Of a stretch of 40,660 nucleotides of DNA, positions 35,572-40,660 are shown in pieces. The stretch lies in the UHGV virus genome UHGV-0383422. One strand, written 5' to 3'. The translations under genes were made by a program, and so were the position numbers. The notes under the pieces were generated by a model, which searched no databases, was not told where the DNA came from, and saw only the letters and a program-made list of their open reading frames with translations. Numbering within the stretch: position 1 is the first letter of the stretch; every line of letters starts with the position of its first letter. Source of the DNA: a virus.

Positions 35572-35603
35572 AATAGATATGAAAAGACCGCCGGATGGCG
35601 GTC
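35572..35603 (-). terminator. rho-independent terminator immediately after the cro-like gene
   Basis: Stem GACCGCC/GGCGGTC with GGAT loop followed on the minus strand by TTTTCATATCTATT. Confidence 0.6.
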
Positions 35604-35625
35604 TACAGAGGGTTGTGGCTGGATA

Positions 35626-35856
35626 TCATGAGTAGAAGAAGTATGCCAGTTCTGCTTTTGAGCGCAGCCATTGTCTTGTTTTACAGGCTTTAAAAAGCCC
35701 ATTCATCAATACTTTACCTGGCATTTTGCGCTTGCCTGTTAAGTGAGTCTGGATATAGTGACTCGTCGTTCCGGCTTCCTGTGCGAAGGCTTCACGCTCA
35801 TCCGGAGTAAGTGCAAGCCAGTGCTTTTTGAAATCGAAATGTCCGTTATCGCTCAT
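35626..35856 (-). CDS. Cro-like HTH regulator
   Basis: 76 aa; HTH-like segment FAQEAGTTSHYIQTHLTGKRK; divergent from the CI-like gene across an operator cluster. Confidence 0.6.
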   Translation of the reverse strand: MSDNGHFDFKKHWLALTPDEREAFAQEAGTTSHYIQTHLTGKRKMPGKVLMNGLFKACKTRQWLRSKAELAYFFYS

Positions 35857-35891
35857 AGCTATTGCCTGATATTTATTTCAGATAATAAATA

Positions 35892-35956
35892 TTCACCCAT
35901 AAGGTAACAAAAATCAAGGATAGTTACCTATGAGGTGCATTTACCTGTTGGGTAAT
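35892..35956. promoter_or_regulatory. operator cluster: three palindromes of the ATTACCT-N3-AGGTAAT family at the cro/cI divergent region
   Basis: 35892-35908 TTCACCC-ATA-AGGTAAC; 35923-35939 GTTACCT-ATG-AGGTGCA; 35940-35956 TTTACCT-GTT-GGGTAAT. Confidence 0.6.
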
Positions 35957-36010
35957 ATTGCTTTAAATTGAATCATCTACTGATTCATATATGAGGCGAT
36001 TTTCCAGAAA

Positions 36011-36595
36011 ATGAAAAGTATCCAGGACGTCCGCAGGCAAAATCTCAACGACTTGATCGACCGTGAATTCAATGGTGTTCAGACGCGGATGGCAGAAAAA
36101 CTTGGAACTCAGGCAAATCTGGTAAACCGCTGGGCTCTTGGCAAGAAGGTTATCGGCGACCAGGTTGCACGAAAAATTGAAGCTGCCGCCAATAAACCCC
36201 GTAACTGGCTTGATATTGATCGTTCGCTTTCTCAGGAGGGTTTTCAGCCTGTCGGCCCGAGCGATATAGGTCAGCTGGCGGCTCACAACCTGGAACGCTG
36301 GATGAGCGAAAGCCGCGACCTTTCAACACAGGGAAAACTTCACCGCGCATCCGGCGTCGCCCAGGTGACAATCAGCCGCCTGTTAAACAATGAGGTCAGC
36401 GTTTCCATTTCCACCCTGGAGAATGTTGCATCCGCATTCGGGCGTCACGGATATGAACTACTGATTCACCCGCACGACCCTGCGACTATCAACTATGACC
36501 GCTCACGCTACGCATTGTTACCCGAAACCGAGAAAGCAAAGATCGAAAGTTACATTGAATTTGTCATCAACCAGAACGAAAAAAGCAAACAATAA
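36011..36595 (+). CDS. CI-like repressor candidate (HTH; no LexA-type self-cleavage domain evident)
   Basis: 194 aa; HTH-like segments; no Ser-Lys peptidase motif; divergent from cro-like gene; own terminator. Confidence 0.55.
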   Translation: MKSIQDVRRQNLNDLIDREFNGVQTRMAEKLGTQANLVNRWALGKKVIGDQVARKIEAAANKPRNWLDIDRSLSQEGFQPVGPSDIGQLAAHNLERWMSESRDLSTQGKLHRASGVAQVTISRLLNNEVSVSISTLENVASAFGRHGYELLIHPHDPATINYDRSRYALLPETEKAKIESYIEFVINQNEKSKQ

Positions 36596-36616
36596 AACTA
36601 TAGTTTTCAGTAAGTA

Positions 36617-36641
36617 AGCCGCCTCATGGCGGCTTTTTTAT
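36617..36641 (+). terminator. rho-independent terminator after the CI-like gene
   Basis: Stem AGCCGCC/GGCGGCT with TCAT loop followed by TTTTTTA. Confidence 0.8.
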
Positions 36642-36652
36642 TGCCAGATAGA

Positions 36653-36669
36653 TTACCTTACGGGTAATT
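36653..36669. promoter_or_regulatory. operator-like palindrome ATTACCT-TAC-GGGTAAT
   Basis: Between the CI terminator and the promoter of the rightward recombination operon; weaker related copy at 36714-36730. Confidence 0.5.
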
Positions 36670-36686
36670 TTTTTAACTCATATCTA

Positions 36687-36715
36687 TTGACACCAAACCA
36701 AATAAGCATAATTAT
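36687..36715 (+). promoter_or_regulatory. candidate sigma70 promoter for rightward early operon
   Basis: TTGACA (36687-36692), 17-bp spacer, AATTAT-like -10; sits between terminator/operator and the first ORF. Confidence 0.35.
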
Positions 36716-36748
36716 TACCCCAACGGTAACAGACCGAGGTAACAAGTT

Positions 36749-36901
36749 ATGCAGTGGAAAATCATCAACGGTTGGTACTGCGTTACTGCATGCGGATTCA
36801 TGAGCTGGAAGTTCCGCACCTTACAGGAAGGCATTAAGTGGGCTTTCGTCAGCAAAGAAGCTCGCGATGTAGCCAACGATAACGAGATATGGGAGGGCTG
36901 A
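36749..36901 (+). CDS. hypothetical small protein (50 aa, Trp/Cys-containing)
   Basis: ATG with GAGGT Shine-Dalgarno; MQWKIINGWYCVTACGFMSWKF...; not in supplied track. Confidence 0.4.
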   Translation: MQWKIINGWYCVTACGFMSWKFRTLQEGIKWAFVSKEARDVANDNEIWEG

Positions 36902-36903
36902 TA

Positions 36904-37203
36904 ATGAACGTTAATCAGCAGAAAAATCTTCAAAAAATCATGCTGGCATTCGACAAGGACTACCGCCTGTCAGAACAGCTATATGACCGACAAGTTGAAC
37001 TGATTGAGAGCATCCGACTTCATCAACTGTCCTCAACTTTCGACGTTGTAACAGGCAAAGGCGTTCGTCAGGAAGTGCTGGAGGCTGCTAAAGACAGCCC
37101 TGAGTTCGAAGAACTGATGGATGCCTACCGGCGCGAGGCAATGGCAATTATAGCGCGCTGGGATCTGGCGGATCAGCTTGATGGGCAGAGGGACGCGGCA
37201 TGA
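36904..37203 (+). CDS. hypothetical protein
   Basis: 99 aa from ATG 36904 with GGGAGGG Shine-Dalgarno; coupled to exonuclease gene. Confidence 0.5.
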   Translation: MNVNQQKNLQKIMLAFDKDYRLSEQLYDRQVELIESIRLHQLSSTFDVVTGKGVRQEVLEAAKDSPEFEELMDAYRREAMAIIARWDLADQLDGQRDAA

Positions 37204-38099
37204 TGCGGAACGCTGGAATCATGGATAGAACAAAATACATCGGAGGAAGCGATGTTGCAGGGATTCTTGGAATTAGCCCATGGCGCACCCCGCTTGAGGT
37301 TTATCTGGATAAGGTCCAGCCACGTGTCAAACCAGTAGACCCAAGCAAGCAGAAAGTTTTCACGCGTGGCCAGCGTATGGAGCCATACGTAATAGACCTG
37401 CTTTCTGAGGAAACAGGGATGGAAATCGTTCATCGCGGAAACCGCTATATCCACCGTGATTACGATTTTATTGCAGCTGAGATCGATGCAGAAGCAGCGT
37501 CAGGCGAGAACATTGAGATCAAAACAGTTAGTCCGTTCAAAGCCAAAGAATGGGGAGAAATCCAGACAGATGCAATTCCTGTGCATTACACGGCCCAGGC
37601 CATGCACGGGTTGATGGTTACAAACAAACAGGTATGCGTTTTCGGTGTGCTTATCGGTGGCGACGACTTCCGAATCTATCGGGTTGAGCGTGATGAAGAA
37701 ACTATCCAGGCGATCTTAGAAAAAGAAATCGCTTTCTGGGACCGAGTGAAAAATCTTAACCCGCCGGAAGCTACCAGCGTAAGCGATGTATCGCTGATGT
37801 TTGAGAAAGATGCCGGGACAAGTATCGAGGCTGACGGAAAGGCACTCGCACTATTCAACGATCTACGAGACATGAAATCACGCAGAAAATCACTGGAAGA
37901 AGAAATAGCTATATCAGAAGAGAAGCTGAAGATGTACATGCAAGAGCACTCAGTCCTGACCCTGGACGGAAAGCCGCTCTGCACATGGAAATCTCAGATC
38001 AGCAACAGATTCGACCAGAAGCTATTCCAGTCAGTACACCCTGAGTTATTCGAAAAATTCAAAACAACAACGACACAACGCGTCTTCAGAATGAAGTAA
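37200..38099 (+). CDS. YqaJ-type recombination exonuclease
   Basis: 299 aa; N-terminal YIGGSDVAGILGISPWRTPLEVY motif; directly upstream of RecT-like gene. Confidence 0.8.
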   Translation: MMRNAGIMDRTKYIGGSDVAGILGISPWRTPLEVYLDKVQPRVKPVDPSKQKVFTRGQRMEPYVIDLLSEETGMEIVHRGNRYIHRDYDFIAAEIDAEAASGENIEIKTVSPFKAKEWGEIQTDAIPVHYTAQAMHGLMVTNKQVCVFGVLIGGDDFRIYRVERDEETIQAILEKEIAFWDRVKNLNPPEATSVSDVSLMFEKDAGTSIEADGKALALFNDLRDMKSRRKSLEEEIAISEEKLKMYMQEHSVLTLDGKPLCTWKSQISNRFDQKLFQSVHPELFEKFKTTTTQRVFRMK

Positions 38100-38108
38100 G
38101 GAGAAAAA

Positions 38109-39131
38109 ATGTCTATCAATGCACTTAAGGCAGCGGCTACCGGTAACCAAGTTGCACATCATAATGAGAAACCAACAACTCTGGCCGGACTTCTGGCAGA
38201 CCCAAAAATTAAAGCTCAGATGGCTTTGGCACTTCCAAAGCACATGACAGCAGACCGTCTGGCGCGCATAGCAACCACAGAGATCAGAAAGGTTCCAAAA
38301 CTTGCATCATGCGACCAAGCCAGCTTCCTGGGGGCAATTATGCAATGTGCCCAATTGGGTCTTGAACCAGGCGGAGCTCTTGGACACGCTTACCTGATAC
38401 CGTTCGACAAACGCCAGAAAGTAAATGGAAGATGGGAAACCGTATCTACAGAAGCACAGCTGATTATCGGCTATCGCGGAATGATTGACCTTGCCCGCCG
38501 CTCTGGGCAGATCCTGAGTATCTCGGCTCGTACCGTACATACAAACGACAAATTCAGCTACTCATACGGCCTGGAAGAAACGCTCGAGCATTTACCTTGC
38601 GAAACAGGTGACCGCGGAGAATTAACGCACGTTTACGCCGTTGCACGACTGAAAGATGGCGGAGTCCAATTTGAAGTTATGAGCCGGGCAGACGTTGAGA
38701 AAGTTCGTGCACTGAGCAAAGCCGGTAGCAGTGGCCCATGGGTTGATCACTTCGATGAGATGGCTAAAAAAACAGTAATTCGCCGACTGTTCAAATATCT
38801 TCCTGTTTCTATTGAAATGCAGAAGGCTGTTGTTATGGATGAGCGCGCTGAAGCTGGACTTAGCCAAGATAACGCAGCTGTTATCACTGGTGAATATTCC
38901 GTAGTTGACGATGAGCGTCAACACCTGTCGCCAATTTCAGATTCAGAACGAGAAGAAGCTCGAGAATATATCATCGCGATACTTAATAGCCTGGATCCAT
39001 CTGCTGAAGATGCAAAAACGATGTTCAAGCGCGCTGAAAATGAAATTAACACCATGGCTGAAAAGCTCGGTGATGAATATCACCAAAAATTCATGATGAC
39101 GCTTAACGATATGCGTCCAGAATTCGAGTAA
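38109..39131 (+). CDS. RecT-family single-strand annealing recombinase
   Basis: 340 aa; RecT-like core (GLEPGG...AYLIPF...IIGYRG); paired with exonuclease. Confidence 0.8.
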   Translation: MSINALKAAATGNQVAHHNEKPTTLAGLLADPKIKAQMALALPKHMTADRLARIATTEIRKVPKLASCDQASFLGAIMQCAQLGLEPGGALGHAYLIPFDKRQKVNGRWETVSTEAQLIIGYRGMIDLARRSGQILSISARTVHTNDKFSYSYGLEETLEHLPCETGDRGELTHVYAVARLKDGGVQFEVMSRADVEKVRALSKAGSSGPWVDHFDEMAKKTVIRRLFKYLPVSIEMQKAVVMDERAEAGLSQDNAAVITGEYSVVDDERQHLSPISDSEREEAREYIIAILNSLDPSAEDAKTMFKRAENEINTMAEKLGDEYHQKFMMTLNDMRPEFE

Positions 39132-39180
39132 CCACCACCGCGGCGCCACGTGCGCCGCACTGCAACCAAGAGAGGTATTC

Positions 39181-39429
39181 ATGAAAGGTGCATTAGGTAA
39201 GAAAGAACTCCTGGCGGTGGTGCCACTGTCATGGAGCACTATCGACCGTATGGAGCGCGCAGGGGAATTTCCTAAACGCTGGTATATCACCGATAAACGC
39301 TGCGCATGGAACCGTGATGAAGTTGAGCGTTGGCTTGATGAACGTCAGGCAGCAAGCCCGGCAGAGTTCCAGGGTAAAAAGCCTCCTGTTCAGCAACGTG
39401 TATATCGTCCCGTGAGCAACGCTGCATGA
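39181..39429 (+). CDS. AlpA-like HTH regulator (possible excisionase/directionality factor)
   Basis: 82 aa; LLAVVPLSWSTIDRMERAGEFPK then WNRDEVERWL pattern typical of AlpA-type small DNA-binding proteins. Confidence 0.55.
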   Translation: MKGALGKKELLAVVPLSWSTIDRMERAGEFPKRWYITDKRCAWNRDEVERWLDERQAASPAEFQGKKPPVQQRVYRPVSNAA

Positions 39430-39538
39430 GTGCGCTGCTAAGGCACTGGAGCAAATGGTCAGGATGGTACTTATTCCTGGCCTCTGTTTCAGCATGGCTT
39501 TATCTGCTGGCATTAATTTTCAGAGAGGGTTGGATTAA

Positions 39539-39838
39539 GTGAGAAAGTTAAGCCGACTTGAAAAATATCACATGAATAAGGTTTCAATGCGCAGTCCGTC
39601 AAAGATTGTCGCCGTTACTCCTGCGGCGATAGAGATCGAAAAACGCGCGATTGAAAGAGAGAAAAAAGGGCAATTCCGCATTGCCGCTCACCTTTGGCTT
39701 CAGTGTATGGATGTTGCTTCTGGTGATGTTGAACGTGCAAGGATCGCGGTTCGCAGGGACCAATGTATCACAAAAGGTAACGGCCTTCGCCGTGGCGACT
39801 ATAGCGGCATAGGATGTTGTGGGGTGGTTTATGACTAA
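39539..39838 (+). CDS. hypothetical protein
   Basis: 99 aa; coupled to methyltransferase gene. Confidence 0.45.
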   Translation: MRKLSRLEKYHMNKVSMRSPSKIVAVTPAAIEIEKRAIEREKKGQFRIAAHLWLQCMDVASGDVERARIAVRRDQCITKGNGLRRGDYSGIGCCGVVYD

Positions 39839-40481
39839 GAAATACACACTAATCTATGCAGATCCACCCTGGGTATACCGGGACAAAGCCGCAGATGGTA
39901 ATCGCGGTGCCGGTTTTAAATATCCGGTTATGAGTGTGCTGGATATCTGCCGCCTTCCTGTGTGGGATTTGGCCGATGAAAACTGTCTGTTGGCCATGTG
40001 GTGGGTGCCAACACAACCACTCGAAGCACTAAAAGTTGTTGAAGCCTGGGGATTCCGTCTGATGACGATGAAGGGCTTCACGTGGATAAAATGTGGTAGT
40101 CGACAACCAGATAAACTGGTTATGGGTATGGGACACATGACTCGCGCCAATAGTGAAGATTGCCTGTTTGCGGTAAAGGGAAAACTACCTACGCGCATTA
40201 ATGCAGGGATCGTTCAGTCATTTACCGCACCGCGGCTTGAGCATTCAAGAAAGCCAGATATCGTTCGTGAAAAACTTGTGCAATTATTAGGCGATATTTC
40301 TCGCATTGAACTGTTCGCCCGCCAGACGTCTCATGGCTTTGATGTTTGGGGTAATCAGTGCGAAGACCCGGCAGTGCAACTACACCCTGGATACGCGTTG
40401 GATATTGGCGGATTAACAAATGCATTCAGCAATGCTCCGCTGTCACCAACAGACATCCAGGGGCGGGAGCGTGCTGCATGA
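39831..40481 (+). CDS. DNA N6-adenine methyltransferase, MT-A70 family
   Basis: 216 aa from ATG 39831; catalytic DPPW motif in YADPPWVYRD. Confidence 0.8.
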   Translation: MTKKYTLIYADPPWVYRDKAADGNRGAGFKYPVMSVLDICRLPVWDLADENCLLAMWWVPTQPLEALKVVEAWGFRLMTMKGFTWIKCGSRQPDKLVMGMGHMTRANSEDCLFAVKGKLPTRINAGIVQSFTAPRLEHSRKPDIVREKLVQLLGDISRIELFARQTSHGFDVWGNQCEDPAVQLHPGYALDIGGLTNAFSNAPLSPTDIQGRERAA

Positions 40482-40660
40482 ACAGGGCATCACCAGCAGA
40501 TTTAAGAAAATGCCTTGAAACTGCAAACATGCTTGCACACAGCGGGATCAGGTTTGTTCCAATTCCCGCTGTCACTGATGCTGAATTTGCAACACTGTCA
40601 GCAATATTCGAAAACAAAATTGAATCACTGGCAGCAGAAGCAGAGATGGAAGAAAATCAG
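40478..40660 (+). CDS. hypothetical protein, 3' end truncated by window edge
   Basis: ATG overlaps methyltransferase stop (ATGA); ORF runs to end of window. Confidence 0.4.
   Translation, partial: MNRASPADLRKCLETANMLAHSGIRFVPIPAVTDAEFATLSAIFENKIESLAAEAEMEENQ

Larger units (their letters stand above)
1..40660. mobile_element. temperate phage / prophage segment (podovirus-like morphogenesis module with tailspike; lambdoid-style early region); right end outside window
   Basis: Contiguous integrase, lysis, tailspike, ejection proteins, capsid, scaffold, portal, terminase, replication, cro/cI switch, exo/recT and methylase genes; family assignment is inference from gene order and sizes. Confidence 0.85.

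Noticed and set aside
1-40660. CRISPR arrays, insertion sequences, transposases, rRNA
   Set aside because: No regularly spaced direct repeats, terminal inverted repeats with transposase-like ORFs, or rRNA-like sequence were seen.

Overview
The window is almost entirely a temperate phage (prophage) genome, read mostly on the minus strand. From left to right: a P4-like tyrosine integrase; a lysis cassette (two holin-like genes, a GH19-type endolysin, Rz with embedded Rz1); a 1039-aa tailspike with sialidase Asp-box motifs and a C-terminal self-cleaving chaperone-like domain (endosialidase-like, implying a polysialic-acid/K1-type encapsulated enterobacterial host); an accessory island with a LexA-box-controlled small antirepressor-like gene, a membrane-anchored tandem zinc-ribbon protein, a Bro-N antirepressor and an AT-rich cassette; three large DNA-ejection/internal virion proteins; tail, head, capsid, scaffold and portal genes; a second accessory island carrying a tRNA-Arg(UCU); large and small terminase; a nin-like region with Ea22-like genes; replication genes with an internal iteron-type origin; a Cro-like/CI-like divergent switch; and a rightward operon with YqaJ-type exonuclease, RecT, an AlpA-like regulator and an MT-A70 adenine methyltransferase. 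The phage right end lies beyond the window. No single recognisable new multi-gene system stands out; the strongest unexplained signals are regulatory. The most notable are: (1) a 17-bp palindrome ATTACCT-N3-AGGTAAT clustered three times at the cro/cI divergent region and present as single copies next to at least eight other gene starts, suggesting a genome-wide repressor regulon; (2) a perfect LexA box in front of a small gene whose product matches the C-terminal domain of the Bro-N protein, paired with a repressor lacking a self-cleavage domain; (3) three copies of the perfect 12-bp palindrome GTGACATGTCAC at module boundaries; (4) several accessory genes of unknown function. All product calls come from motifs and gene order read by eye; no database search was run.
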